The notes beneath the pieces are model-generated. The model was not told the origin of the DNA and searched no databases. It saw only the letters and a list, made by a program, of their open reading frames with translations. Positions 1 to 10,784 of a stretch of 64,000 bases of DNA are shown here, piece by piece. The translations under genes and the position numbers were made by a program. Source of the stretch: a virus (lineage: Duplodnaviria; Caudoviricetes); the IMG/VR virus record IMGVR_UViG_3300046839_000055, positions 1 through 64,000 of that record, one strand, 5' to 3'. The number at the start of each line of letters is the position of its first letter. The stretch's first letter is position 1.

Positions 1-229
1 CCTGATTCTCCTTTTTGTAATCGATAGAATTTAAGTCCAGTTCCAGAATGTCATCCACGGAGCAATTGAAAACAGCGCAGATCTTTGCCACGCTTTCGAG
101 TGCGATCGGCTCTTCTTTGCCCATCTTGGCAATGATATTTGTGCTGACCTTTGCTCTGCGCATCAGGTCACGCTTGTTCATCTTCTCATCAATAAGTTTT
201 TTCCAAAGTCTGTCATAGCTGACTCTCAT
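1..229 (-). CDS. Cro/C1-type (HTH_26-like) transcriptional regulator, 3' end outside the window
   Basis: Manual translation from ATG at 229: MRVSYDRLWKKLIDEKMNKRDLMRRAKVSTNIIAKMGKEEPIALESVAKIC..., preceded by AGAGGTG; clear paralogue of 11795-12052. Confidence 0.85.
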   Translation of the reverse strand, partial: MRVSYDRLWKKLIDEKMNKRDLMRRAKVSTNIIAKMGKEEPIALESVAKICAVFNCSVDDILELDLNSIDYKKENQ

Positions 230-705
230 CTGGCACCTCTTCACATGGTTAGATTTCGAAAAATGATAAGACAAAGAATTGATGATTTCATCTTACCATT
301 ATAGTGTTATTTACTCAACCGATTTATGGTTTTCTTCAAATACAAATCATGTTTTCATGATTTATTAACATGAGTCCATCGAATCTGGAGAAAAATCCAG
401 GTATATTATGCTCAGAAGGCTGTTTTCCTGTTCATCAGTTACTGTGCAAGCAGTGTCTTTGTAATACAAAGCCAATTTTCGCTCGTTGGGGAAGCACCCC
501 AATCCCCTTGAACATCTCCTGCGGAGATGGCTGCGCGTTCCTTCGGAACACTAGAAAAAATCCGCATCGGAAAAGCGATACGGATCACTTGTGTTTATGC
601 AGAAACTTATTCGATGCTACTGTCATTGCTGCTGAGAAGACCATCAACAAGGTTCTAACAAGTTCAGTTCTTTGATACAATGTCTATGTGATTTCCCGGA
701 ACGTA

Positions 706-748
706 AAAAGCCGGAAACAGCGCAGTTCTGCGCCATTTCTGGGCTTTT
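706..748. terminator. Imperfect inverted repeat, possible bidirectional terminator
   Basis: AAAAGCC...GCGCAG-TT-CTGCGC...GGCTTTT nested stems. Confidence 0.4.
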
Positions 749-970
749 CATCGCTGGCAGAACTTGCTGCCGAAGCGCTTTTCTCTCAAGGTTCATGTTG
801 TCTCCAATCAGGTTCTTACACTCAAAACGAAACCCCTAACATGAAAAATCAAAATGTATGAATTCTTAAAATGTTTAGCAGTCGAAAAGATGTCTTCCAT
901 ATATCGTCTCATCAATGCTGCATGGTCGATATAAACAGTATGTGCTTTTATTAGGCGTACAAACGTACAA

Positions 971-1651
971 TTAAACATTTATCCATTTACATTCCTTCAC
1001 TACATCTGAGTCGCGGAATATCTCTTGTATTGCATCAGTAAACGAATAAAAGAGTATACTGGATTTCACACGTGCTTCTGGATGAAGATACCCTATTAGA
1101 AGTTTTCCATCATAGCATATGTACCAGATATCTCTTGAGGTACTTTTCCATTGGGATCTATGTTCAGGGATCACGTTGTCTACAAATTCATCACACGTAC
1201 CCCCACAAACAATAAGCTGAGGATAATAGATTTCTGTTTGTCTTTTTAAAATCTCTGCATTAGACAGTGCCGCATCAGCGATTACTTTACCATTACTGGT
1301 ATGTCCTCCCGACGTTTTCTTTAAATTTATTGAGCATATCTTCTTAAGGTATTTACGCCTTCGTTCCTCGTTATTTTCCGACCAGTACGACCACGGCTTA
1401 TCAAATCTTCTTTCAATAACCGCTTCAGTCCATCTGGCGATGTTGTCCCATGTAGCCGGTCTTCCTCCTTCTCTGATGAAATCGCATAAATTCCATCCCC
1501 TACCTCCATTAACTTCTTTTAGAACATACATGATTCTCGGAGAAGTAGAAAGGTATTCATCTTCGTCAACAACGCCATCCTCGACGACATCGGCATTTAT
1601 TCTTCTTAAGTTATCAAATAATTCTTTCTGTGCATCTGAAATCTTGACCAA
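971..1651 (-). CDS. Uracil-DNA-glycosylase-superfamily-like protein
   Basis: Motif order RIMYVLKE / INLKK / YPQLIVCGG / YLHPEAR resembles the UDG-fold motifs. Confidence 0.55.
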   Translation of the reverse strand: MVKISDAQKELFDNLRRINADVVEDGVVDEDEYLSTSPRIMYVLKEVNGGRGWNLCDFIREGGRPATWDNIARWTEAVIERRFDKPWSYWSENNEERRRKYLKKICSINLKKTSGGHTSNGKVIADAALSNAEILKRQTEIYYPQLIVCGGTCDEFVDNVIPEHRSQWKSTSRDIWYICYDGKLLIGYLHPEARVKSSILFYSFTDAIQEIFRDSDVVKECKWINV

Positions 1652-1730
1652 TTCTAATTCTCCAATTTTAGATCCAGTTATGGGCGTACCTCAGCAAGAA
1701 AATTATATGTAATTGACTCTAGTCCAAAAA

Positions 1731-2870
1731 TCAATGCTTACTTTTCGTTTTGAATCTTTCAATAATATTTTGAAGTTCAAATATCTGTGCTCGTAACGAG
1801 ATATAAAGATCCGAATTTTCACTTACCGACTGATTCATTAAATAGGCTTGTACTGTTGAGGTCTTTCCGTTTTCTTGTATAGTTGCTCGAAATATTTCCT
1901 TCTGTATATTTCCTCTACCTGTAGGTTGTAACAATGCCCCTGCTAAAGCTCCACGCTTGCCAGCAATCAAACTTCCAATCAGCGCTCCTTCTATTACATC
2001 CCCACCTTCGGCCTTTGTTTCTTGAACCTCATAATTTATCATGTTCGCAAAATAATGTGTTGGACCATTTGGCTTTTTATATGGTTTTATACAAAATGTG
2101 CCATACTCTTCGTTTACGAGAATTTGATCGACAATCCCATATCGTTTTGAGAAAACTGATTCAGGATGAGCAGATTTCCACCTGTCAGGGCTTTGCGTCT
2201 TCAAGAATGTGACGATATCATTGGCTGCTCCTCTAGGTAATTTAAAAGTATGTGGCTTGCCATCCTTATATATCGATATCCCGGAAAATGTTTTTTCCCA
2301 ATCACTAATGTCTGCAAAATCGAATGTGGTGACCGTTCCGTTCTGATAGAGAAAGTCCATATGATCAGTATAGATATTTAGCTTTCCTTTGTTACCATAG
2401 GGCGAAGTAGATTCATAGGACATAACCGGATTTTCAATTGCAGCCGCACTCAAAGACTCATCTTTCGTGTTATTTCCAACTGTTTCTACATTTGTCTTAT
2501 TTGAGACATAACCGCCCTTCCCGTCGGGCAAAGATATAGAAACACCGAAACCATCATATGAGACTACAATAGGATCACCTGTATTGATGAACATTAGGCT
2601 TTGGCTCTGTGCATTTAGTGTCGCTGTAATTTTGTGTGCTTCTTCGGAAACAACAGTTTGAAGCGACTCTCCTCGTTTAAGTTTTCCGAGATTAATTCCA
2701 TCAATTGCTACTGCTATTTTTATTATTCCTCCGGCATCTTTTTCTGTTCTCTTAATAACTAACGATGCCTTATCTTGATTATTTATTGCACCTGAATTCA
2801 GCGGTGTTCCGCAATACGGACAAAATTTCATATTTTCCGCTATTTCCTTACCGCAATTACTACAATACAT
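1731..2870 (-). CDS. Zinc-ribbon domain protein with C-terminal glycine-zipper segment
   Basis: N-terminal CSNCG...FCPYCG; GALIGSLIAGKRGALAGALL near the C-terminus. Confidence 0.75.
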   Translation of the reverse strand: MYCSNCGKEIAENMKFCPYCGTPLNSGAINNQDKASLVIKRTEKDAGGIIKIAVAIDGINLGKLKRGESLQTVVSEEAHKITATLNAQSQSLMFINTGDPIVVSYDGFGVSISLPDGKGGYVSNKTNVETVGNNTKDESLSAAAIENPVMSYESTSPYGNKGKLNIYTDHMDFLYQNGTVTTFDFADISDWEKTFSGISIYKDGKPHTFKLPRGAANDIVTFLKTQSPDRWKSAHPESVFSKRYGIVDQILVNEEYGTFCIKPYKKPNGPTHYFANMINYEVQETKAEGGDVIEGALIGSLIAGKRGALAGALLQPTGRGNIQKEIFRATIQENGKTSTVQAYLMNQSVSENSDLYISLRAQIFELQNIIERFKTKSKH

Positions 2871-2897
2871 TTAACCGCCCCCAATTCTGTTCTCTTA

Positions 2898-3134
2898 TTA
2901 TTTCCCGCTTGTAATAGTCCAATATTTGATATTTTTCAGATCTGTCCATTCACATAATCCACAAACTTCTATCTTCCTACCGTCTTTGATACGAAGCCCA
3001 TAGTGTGAAACATGCCGGGAGAGCCCAGAAGACAAGGCTTTCTCGGCATGTCCTATGGTACTCGTTCCATTGACCGGTGTGAAAAATCCGCTGTATGGGT
3101 TGCAAGCTCTCGCGTAGTTCATAAGCATTTGCAC
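2898..3134 (-). CDS. Small hypothetical protein or gene remnant
   Basis: 78-aa ORF with AGGAGG nearby, co-oriented with neighbours; no motif recognised. Confidence 0.3.
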   Translation of the reverse strand: MQMLMNYARACNPYSGFFTPVNGTSTIGHAEKALSSGLSRHVSHYGLRIKDGRKIEVCGLCEWTDLKNIKYWTITSGK

Positions 3135-3212
3135 CCTCCTGCGTAACTCCTAATAAGAATAATTAAAACGTATGTGTATCGTTAAAAAGTGTTGAGCCAT
3201 TAAAAGGCTCTC

Positions 3213-6200
3213 TTACTGGTCTGAATCCTTTACTGCCGCGATCTGTTGCAACAGATTATCTGACAGTTTCATCTTTTTCAGGAATTCATCTTGTTTGCTT
3301 AGCACATCTTTTAACGCCGCGTTGAGCTTTACATATACATCTTCCTCTGTAAGCTCTTCATCAAATTTTACTGTTTCTGATCGGAAAATGGTTCTCCAGA
3401 TCCATCCATTTGATGAGGTACGGGAATTGGAGAGCCCGATCATCCGCTCACACAAAGCCTTCTGTTCAGCGGTCAAATCTTTGGAATTCACGCACATCAG
3501 AATATACGCAGAATGCCCGGTTCTATTCCGAATTTCAAAAAAGTAATGATTATGCGTTCCCCAGCCGCTCAACTCCTCAATATCCGGAAGTACAGCGGAC
3601 ATTTGCTGTGTCTTGAAGCGTATGCAGCTACGGCTGCTGTGATCCAGATCCGCTTGAATGATACCCTCTTCTGTTTTCTTCTTGGCCCATTTCTTGGCAA
3701 AATAGAAAATGGTTTCTTTCTTGGAATCATCAGGATTATGTCCGCCATAGCGTTCTTCAAGAACAGGAAGGATCACGTCGATGTACTTCTTGCTCCATTC
3801 AGCCATGAACTTTGCCATACGTGGCCAATCCGCTTCGTTGGCAATGCTGACATCCTGAAGGTTATAAGAAATCCAGGAAGCTTTGTATTCATCTGCCCGG
3901 TTCCATAAAAGGGCGTCTCCAATAGCATCTTCGATTTCATCCTGATTCTCTCGCAAATAGTCGAAGGCTGCTTTGTTCTCATCTGTACTGCTCTTGCCAA
4001 GATAAAAGTCAACTTTTGCGCCGTCACGATTTGCAGTGCAGATTACGCAAAATCCACCAATTCCAAAATAACCGTTTATCATATTAGACGTATTAGGGTG
4101 GCAATTTTTGAAGCATCCATTGCCTTGATTTGCGTCTTGAATAATCGGAAGCGCATAAGTCCAGTACCTTCTCCTGAGATCAAAACGGTTATTATCAGCT
4201 GCTTTGTCCTGCTCAGAATCGCGAAGGTAAAATACGAGATCCATAGGATCTGCATGGAAAAGGACAAACAGTCTCCTTAATATGGAGATCTTCATCGCCG
4301 TGCTGGTATTCTTCTCAACATATACATCCTCGTCTATCTTCAGAGGCATACGGAGATTGTCCGCATTGTTGCTGACATAACCACTGAGCTCTGTATCACT
4401 GCTCGTGCTATATGCGAGTGTGGGAAGAACCGACTTGTCCTCTGAATGCAGAAACTTAACTACATGCTCGAACATATCTGCCCAGCTCGAAACCGGTGTC
4501 TCCGCATTCTGATAACTGTACTTGACAATATCCCGGCCCTTCAAGTCAAAGTCTTCATCGTCCAGCGCGCATGAATCAAATTCTTTTTCTGCCGGAACAA
4601 ATGTTGTAGATGGCATCGCCCATATTTTATTTGTGGCGGTATTGACCATCTCATCACTGCGTTCCTGCATTTCTTCCGGTCCCCAGTGATCTTTTGTGGC
4701 GATGCGTTGGTTCATCCTGAGGCCGCTCTTCTTATATCCTAGGTCAGCATCCCGTTTTTCCTGGAATGTGGCGTTACTCATATTGGAGTTATAAGCAGTG
4801 AGCGTCAGGTTTCCAAGGCGATGAAGCCATGTGCTGTGAATTTCTTCTGCTTCCGGGCCGAGTGCCTGAATCCATGCCGGAGTCAGGTGCTGCGGCATAA
4901 TATGCTCAATGGAATAGGTTCCATTATCGAGAAGGGTATAGACATCCTTTGCTTCCAGTGTGCCGTAGTTCTCGAAGCGCTCAAACAGGTACGCTTTATA
5001 TTTGCCGCGCATCTGGTATACTGCCTTGTTTGCCAGTGCCTGTGAGAATTCCTCATCGTCTGGAAAGCGGCTGCTTTCCTTCTTTGAAAGCAGTGCATAT
5101 ATGAATTTCTGAACATAGTCATTTGTGCTGTTGTCGTAGCGGATAACTTCACGATTCAGGTTCAGAAACACCTTGTTCAGGGCGTTGGTAGGTACATCGC
5201 AGATGTTCCGGCGGAAGAGATAGTTCTCCGTGATCAGGAATATCTGAGTCAGATCATCCACAGAGAGTTTTTCACCATCCTGGTTCAGCCTGAGAATTTC
5301 CATGAAGAACGGCTCTGTAACCGTAATTTCCAAACGATTCAGGCGGTACATGCAATCGTCAAGTTCCTGACTATGCAACCCGCTCTTTCCGGTCATCAGT
5401 TTCTGGTAAATACGAGCATATTTCCGCATGTCCTCCAGAAGGGAATTCAGCGGAATCTTTTCTGTTTCCACATACTTCTTAAATGCCTGATACACGTTAT
5501 TGATAGTCGGCGTTACCTGCTGTTTGATACTGAGATAATCCCGAACAAAGCTACTGACATCGTTTCTGGTGCATTCCTCAATTTTTGTCCAGTATTTATC
5601 GTAAAGTTCATCCTGCTGCTTCGGTTTAAGGCCCATCAGAATGTAGTTCCTGATTTTGTCACCCTCAGTAAGTGCAAGGCCTGTAGAGTTCAGACTTTCA
5701 AAAATCAGTTGCGCATTATCGTCGCCATCCAATGTAATGCTAATAATCTGGAGTTTCCCTATTGCCTCATAAAGCGCATCTACCGGAAGTTCTTCTTTCA
5801 AAAGCTGATCGCAGAAAAACCGATAATTGATGGTCATGTTCGATGCGGGCTCATATTCTTCCGGATCACCCGCGACGAGCTTTTCCAAAGCGGTGCGGTC
5901 TGTTTTCACAGGACGAAGTTTGATGCGGTCGTCGCTCTTTGCCCACTTGGCGATGACAAACCGCTCCATGATCTGATCATCGAGTGCTTCCTCATTAGAC
6001 TTGACACGTCCGGCCCTGACCATATTGCAGATGGCGAGAAGAAGCAGTGTGACCGTCGTCAATCGCTGCTGGCCATCGATAATATGAAATTCTATTTTGC
6101 TGCCGTCCGGTACAACCTGCGAAACAATGCTGCCAAAGAAATGGCTGCTTCTGCCGTCGCGATAAACCTTCTTCAGATCCTCATACAGCTGACGGCAGTT

Positions 6201-6299
6201 ATCAATTTTCCAGTCGTATTTTCTCTGGTAGACGGGAATAATGTAACGATTATTCGCGCCCTCCATGAATCCTAAAAGTTGTGCTTCTGATCCCTTCAT
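3213..6299 (-). CDS. gmrSD: GmrSD-family (DUF262+DUF1524) type IV restriction endonuclease with extra C-terminal domains (DUF4268-like)
   Basis: IPVYQRKYDW, IIDGQQRLTT, IFESLNSTG (DUF262); SIEHIMPQ...LGNLTL..YNS (HNH of DUF1524); about 450 aa of C-terminal extension. Confidence 0.9.
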   Translation of the reverse strand: MKGSEAQLLGFMEGANNRYIIPVYQRKYDWKIDNCRQLYEDLKKVYRDGRSSHFFGSIVSQVVPDGSKIEFHIIDGQQRLTTVTLLLLAICNMVRAGRVKSNEEALDDQIMERFVIAKWAKSDDRIKLRPVKTDRTALEKLVAGDPEEYEPASNMTINYRFFCDQLLKEELPVDALYEAIGKLQIISITLDGDDNAQLIFESLNSTGLALTEGDKIRNYILMGLKPKQQDELYDKYWTKIEECTRNDVSSFVRDYLSIKQQVTPTINNVYQAFKKYVETEKIPLNSLLEDMRKYARIYQKLMTGKSGLHSQELDDCMYRLNRLEITVTEPFFMEILRLNQDGEKLSVDDLTQIFLITENYLFRRNICDVPTNALNKVFLNLNREVIRYDNSTNDYVQKFIYALLSKKESSRFPDDEEFSQALANKAVYQMRGKYKAYLFERFENYGTLEAKDVYTLLDNGTYSIEHIMPQHLTPAWIQALGPEAEEIHSTWLHRLGNLTLTAYNSNMSNATFQEKRDADLGYKKSGLRMNQRIATKDHWGPEEMQERSDEMVNTATNKIWAMPSTTFVPAEKEFDSCALDDEDFDLKGRDIVKYSYQNAETPVSSWADMFEHVVKFLHSEDKSVLPTLAYSTSSDTELSGYVSNNADNLRMPLKIDEDVYVEKNTSTAMKISILRRLFVLFHADPMDLVFYLRDSEQDKAADNNRFDLRRRYWTYALPIIQDANQGNGCFKNCHPNTSNMINGYFGIGGFCVICTANRDGAKVDFYLGKSSTDENKAAFDYLRENQDEIEDAIGDALLWNRADEYKASWISYNLQDVSIANEADWPRMAKFMAEWSKKYIDVILPVLEERYGGHNPDDSKKETIFYFAKKWAKKKTEEGIIQADLDHSSRSCIRFKTQQMSAVLPDIEELSGWGTHNHYFFEIRNRTGHSAYILMCVNSKDLTAEQKALCERMIGLSNSRTSSNGWIWRTIFRSETVKFDEELTEEDVYVKLNAALKDVLSKQDEFLKKMKLSDNLLQQIAAVKDSDQ

Positions 6300-6324
6300 T
6301 ACTCTTGCTCTGCTTTCTTACTCA

Positions 6325-9300
6325 TTAGTTGAAGTCGAATATCTTCTCAAGTTCTGTCTCCAGCGTTCCGTTTTTTGCAAACTGGAGCGTGTCGCAGAGT
6401 TTGATATTGTTCTTCTCAATGTGAATCTCATCGTTAAATCCCAGAATATAGCGCAGGCAGATCCGGTAAATGATCTCCGTTGGCGCGCACCCATAAACCT
6501 GCTTAGCAAATATATGATTCAGCCTTTCCTTCTCGTCAGGGAAGAGCGCTTTCATTCGTTTGCTCTGATACAGTCTGGTGACGATCTCCGTTATATACAT
6601 ACCTGATTTCATATAGAGGTCTGCAAACGTCGCATCCGGATCGTCAAAGCAGCCGGGATTCTCTTTTTCCAGGCGATCAACCATATCCTTCACCACTCGT
6701 TTCGGAGTAAAGATCTGATTGGTCCGCTGCGGCGGGATATAGCTAAAGATATCGTCCTTATGTTCGCCGGTGAAGTAATCCGCCAGCTCCAGTCTCTTTT
6801 TCATAAACTCCTGCACCGAGTCATTGAATACAACCTCGTCAAACAGATGACCATCAAAATGCCTCTTGACCGGATTTCCTTTTTCATCCGTTGTATCATA
6901 ATCTCCGCCGTCACGAAGCATACGGAACTGATCGAGTGTTACACCAACATGAGTAATTGGATTTTCTGTAACCTCCAAGAAAACGTCTTCCCGAACTAGA
7001 GTGTCGAAATTGGCAAGTGTAGTGTTCTCGTCGCCATAGGCCATAAGGAATGCAGGAATCGTACGCGAGAACCCACGAAGATGGTCGCGGACACTTCCCT
7101 CGATCGAATTCTTCTCGTTACTTAGCTTTTCTGTTTCAACAGTCTCGACTATGGTTTCCGCGGCTTTCTTTACAGTTTCTTCGCTGTTCAGCTTTTCATG
7201 GATATTGTTCACCATATCCTGATAACTCTTAAGCCGCCGTTCTTTGTATTCTTCATTCAGACGAGTAATATCTTTCATGGAAGCGCCGGATTCTTGTGCC
7301 TCATGAATCTTGTCATCGCATTCCTTCACAAGCTGTCTGTCGCGGATCGTATAGTCCCCGTACTCACGATTTACCACAGTATCGGTCGTTTCCTGGATCC
7401 TGCGCTCAAGCTGATTCTGTGTAGACTTCTTCAGATCCGTGCCATACTGCTGCCGAGCGGTCTCCATCAGCGTATTAGCAATGGGCTTAGAGAACTTCTC
7501 TCGGAGTGCCGCAAGTTCATCCTTCTTTGGATTAGGATTCTTCGCATGTTCTTCTGTAATATCCGCTACCGCCTGCTCCAGCTGCTCGTCCACATCACTG
7601 TAAACTTTGTCGCCGAATAATTCGCTGGCTGTCCCGATTACCTGTTCGTGCGGAATTTCAACCTCGCCTTCATCGTTCAAATCAAGGTCGTCCGCCGTAT
7701 ATTCGTCAATACCTGTAGGAGCAAGCTTTGACGGCTCCTCGATAGCCTGCATATTATTGATGATGTCTATGATCTCCTTCGGAGCGCCAAAGATGCCGGA
7801 AATATTGGCAAAGAGGAAGTTCGACATAAAGCCGCGCTCCACAACTTCTTTTGCATGGATATGACGCGGAATTGTCAGCACAGACTCAGCATCCAGCTCA
7901 ATCATGGAGCCGTTCTCGTCCTCGCCGTAGACAGGGAAAAAGTTCAGAAGCTCACGTACATGCTTCTTTCTCTGATCAAAATCGCCTTTGTCGCCGGATG
8001 TCTCTGGGATCAAATCGTTTGCAAACTGTTCGAAGATGGTCAGCGTTCTTGCCGGATCAAAGTCAAAGACATAGGCGTTTTTCTTTCGCCAGGAATTACC
8101 CTGCGCATCGTGGAAGAGGCACGGATTCTGCGCACGGAAAGCAGCCTGCATATAAAGAGCAGGAGAAGCCATGTTTGAAAGCATGAGCACTGCCGTCCAT
8201 TCCGGAATCGTCACACCTGTCGTAAGCTGCCCGACAGAAAGTGTGATCGTCTTGTCATATGTCTTGATCGCCTTTGTCACCCGGTCAAAGGATTTTTCAT
8301 TTTCATCATCGTCATCGAGCTTTCCGTCTCCGGCAGCCAGAATAATGTCGTAATCCTTGAAGACCGGATGAAGCTCCAGCTTCTTTGCCAAAGCTTTTGC
8401 GCTTGCCACGCGGTTTAAGAGCCAGAATGTATGCTTCAGTTCATCCCTGAGTTCCGGCGTAGAGAACGGGAACTTGTCCTGCGTCGTCAGCGCATCCAGA
8501 AACTTATCGACATCTGCGTCATGGATAAACTTACCGGATTCATTTGTACTGAAGAATTCGTTCAGATCGAATGCATATTCCTCAACGTCATTATCTGCCA
8601 GCTCGATTCCCTGACGTACCTTGTCACGGATGATGTCCGACATCTGATAGGTGAAAAGGGAAAGACGCGGCAGGTTTTCATACGGATTCTCGATCTCGTT
8701 GGAATCATCCCAGTCACGCTTTGCTTTCTGCTCGTCGGCATACGTCCAGTTGTAAATGGCATTCTCCGGGAACTTTTCATTTGCCAAAGCCTTAAAAGGT
8801 GTACCGGAAAGATGAAGTGTGTATTTCCTGCGGATATGATTGAAAGCAGTATCGGTCTTGTATGTATCAACACCTTCATGGGCTTCGTCTATGATCAGAA
8901 TATCCCAATCCAGACCTATTTTTCTTCCATCTATTACTTCATCACTGCATTCTGCAAGTTTTTCATACTGACCTCCAAAGTGAATTGAGCCCTTTAGATC
9001 CTGAAGACTTACAAATTCGATCAAACCCTTGATTTTTTCGTCTGCATCTTGCATTACACGTTCATGAAATTCCGCATAAGTCATGACGTACTTTTTATTC
9101 TTGATTCCGTCAACTGAGCTCACAAAGCAGAAGCCGGACTGCGGGCCGAAAAATGTCTCGTAATCTGAATACCAGGAATTTGCTATCGCAGGGCGGTTGG
9201 TCACTATGAGGACATTGGTGACGTCAAGCTGTCTGCAGAGATCATACGCTGAGAGAGTCTTTCCAAAACGTGGCTTGCAGTTCCATAAGAATTCGCCCTT

Positions 9301-9747
9301 CTCATGAGACTTGAAATAATCATACGCAGACTGCACCGCCTCGTTCTGTTCATTGCGAAGCCTATACGGAATCACTGCGTCTGTATAATCTGCGGAGACA
9401 ACACCGTGGTTCTGTGTAAAGTCAATAAAATCACCCTTGGCAGTATTCGGTTCGATTTCGAACCATTCGGTACCTTCCTCACGGGAAATACCAAGTTTTT
9501 TCAAATAGGCATGAAAATCCTTATCGGTAAAGGTGCCATAAGGCTCAGTCATAAAGGCAGCGCGCATGTGCCACCAAGTCTTGTGGTCGACACCGACCGT
9601 ATGCGTTTGCTCATTAATACGAGTCTCTACATCCCGTTCTGTGAATCCGATCTTTGTCCAGCCGTCATGCGCCGGTACTCCGGGAGTGGTATAGGCATAG
9701 CACTGAGGAGTGACCTTTGTGGCTGTATTTATCTTTATTCCTGCCAT
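6325..9747 (-). CDS. Restriction subunit: GIY-YIG/T5orf172-like nuclease + SF2 (ResIII-type) helicase + C-terminal partial methyltransferase-like domain
   Basis: CYAY..GWTKIGFT..RINEQ..EWF; Walker A KPRFGKT; DEAH; YMQAAFR; C-terminal QIFTP...FADLYMKSG. Confidence 0.85.
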   Translation of the reverse strand: MAGIKINTATKVTPQCYAYTTPGVPAHDGWTKIGFTERDVETRINEQTHTVGVDHKTWWHMRAAFMTEPYGTFTDKDFHAYLKKLGISREEGTEWFEIEPNTAKGDFIDFTQNHGVVSADYTDAVIPYRLRNEQNEAVQSAYDYFKSHEKGEFLWNCKPRFGKTLSAYDLCRQLDVTNVLIVTNRPAIANSWYSDYETFFGPQSGFCFVSSVDGIKNKKYVMTYAEFHERVMQDADEKIKGLIEFVSLQDLKGSIHFGGQYEKLAECSDEVIDGRKIGLDWDILIIDEAHEGVDTYKTDTAFNHIRRKYTLHLSGTPFKALANEKFPENAIYNWTYADEQKAKRDWDDSNEIENPYENLPRLSLFTYQMSDIIRDKVRQGIELADNDVEEYAFDLNEFFSTNESGKFIHDADVDKFLDALTTQDKFPFSTPELRDELKHTFWLLNRVASAKALAKKLELHPVFKDYDIILAAGDGKLDDDDENEKSFDRVTKAIKTYDKTITLSVGQLTTGVTIPEWTAVLMLSNMASPALYMQAAFRAQNPCLFHDAQGNSWRKKNAYVFDFDPARTLTIFEQFANDLIPETSGDKGDFDQRKKHVRELLNFFPVYGEDENGSMIELDAESVLTIPRHIHAKEVVERGFMSNFLFANISGIFGAPKEIIDIINNMQAIEEPSKLAPTGIDEYTADDLDLNDEGEVEIPHEQVIGTASELFGDKVYSDVDEQLEQAVADITEEHAKNPNPKKDELAALREKFSKPIANTLMETARQQYGTDLKKSTQNQLERRIQETTDTVVNREYGDYTIRDRQLVKECDDKIHEAQESGASMKDITRLNEEYKERRLKSYQDMVNNIHEKLNSEETVKKAAETIVETVETEKLSNEKNSIEGSVRDHLRGFSRTIPAFLMAYGDENTTLANFDTLVREDVFLEVTENPITHVGVTLDQFRMLRDGGDYDTTDEKGNPVKRHFDGHLFDEVVFNDSVQEFMKKRLELADYFTGEHKDDIFSYIPPQRTNQIFTPKRVVKDMVDRLEKENPGCFDDPDATFADLYMKSGMYITEIVTRLYQSKRMKALFPDEKERLNHIFAKQVYGCAPTEIIYRICLRYILGFNDEIHIEKNNIKLCDTLQFAKNGTLETELEKIFDFN

Positions 9748-10784
9748 TATTCCATCTCCTCCACATTGTTTTCGATAAAATCAATATCCTCTAAACTTAA
9801 GTCATATTTTTTATACAACTGGGCATCTATTTCTTTGATTGATTTGTCCCAATTAATATCGGAAGTCACCTTAAAATTTTGCATTGGAACAAACTCCCAT
9901 ACAGATTTTGCGGTATGTTGAGTAGCTTTTTTTACTCCTAACATTGCCCGGCAAAATTTTGTTTTTATGTATTTCTTTGCGTTGGATGCTTCTACTTCAG
10001 ATCCAAAAAAGCCAATACTGATAAAAGTATCTGTAGCGCCTTCCTCTGGCTTCGCAATTTGAGGTTCAACAAGTGTCTCGCCAAATTTTCCGGTATTATT
10101 AGCTTCAGAAATTAAAACATTGTATGTGTGCACATAACCATTATCTATTACATATTCAGCCTTTATATATTTGACTGTTCGTTTGTTTCTTTCCCTGCCA
10201 ATAATCCTCACATATTTACTGTCATTAGGCTTTTGATCAAAGAAAGCCTCTGGTATTTTTTCAAAAATATTAGAGACAATCATATTTCCCGTTCCTTTTC
10301 CAACTCGTGAAGAAGCATCCGGAAAGTCAGTAAAAAATTTATCATTTAAGCGATAGCAACCTCTTGCAGAAACAATTTCCTGTATTGAGTCATCTCCGTG
10401 CTTACGTACTTTTGCAAGCACCGAGTTCAAGGAATTATACTTTGTGAATACCCCAATCGGTTGATACTGGGAATCCCAATCATGATAAGTTATAGCGACT
10501 CCACCTTTTATATCTGTATTTGGAAATACCCTCGTTGCATCTCCTTCATAATGCAAAACCTTAAAATGATTATCATCCAGCATTTGGCGATTCCATGCTT
10601 TCGGAGTTTGGCCAGCATCAAAAAGGAATCGAGCCGGAGTTATAAGCTCAACCTTGTCAGCAACATAATAAGCTCCGTCCATAAAAGTATTGTAAACTGG
10701 TCGTTTCCTTGTAGACTCTGTTGTATCCTCCTGATAAGGCGGATTCCCGATCACATAATCAAATAGTTTCTTGCCCATAATCAC
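9747..10784 (-). CDS. Eco57I-type adenine methyltransferase, catalytic half plus target-recognition region
   Basis: FDYVIGNPPY at the very N-terminus, ITPARFLF; no upstream motif I; visibly AT-richer than flanking genes. Confidence 0.85.
   Translation of the reverse strand: MIMGKKLFDYVIGNPPYQEDTTESTRKRPVYNTFMDGAYYVADKVELITPARFLFDAGQTPKAWNRQMLDDNHFKVLHYEGDATRVFPNTDIKGGVAITYHDWDSQYQPIGVFTKYNSLNSVLAKVRKHGDDSIQEIVSARGCYRLNDKFFTDFPDASSRVGKGTGNMIVSNIFEKIPEAFFDQKPNDSKYVRIIGRERNKRTVKYIKAEYVIDNGYVHTYNVLISEANNTGKFGETLVEPQIAKPEEGATDTFISIGFFGSEVEASNAKKYIKTKFCRAMLGVKKATQHTAKSVWEFVPMQNFKVTSDINWDKSIKEIDAQLYKKYDLSLEDIDFIENNVEEME

Noticed and set aside
370-675. 101-aa ORF with faint resemblance to a DmpA/P1 peptidase C-terminus, and an excisionase-like RIGKAIRI in another frame
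   Set aside because: No RBS, Cys-rich and motifs too degenerate; at best a decayed fragment
5373-6275. 300-aa plus-strand ORF
   Set aside because: Antisense shadow of the GmrSD gene
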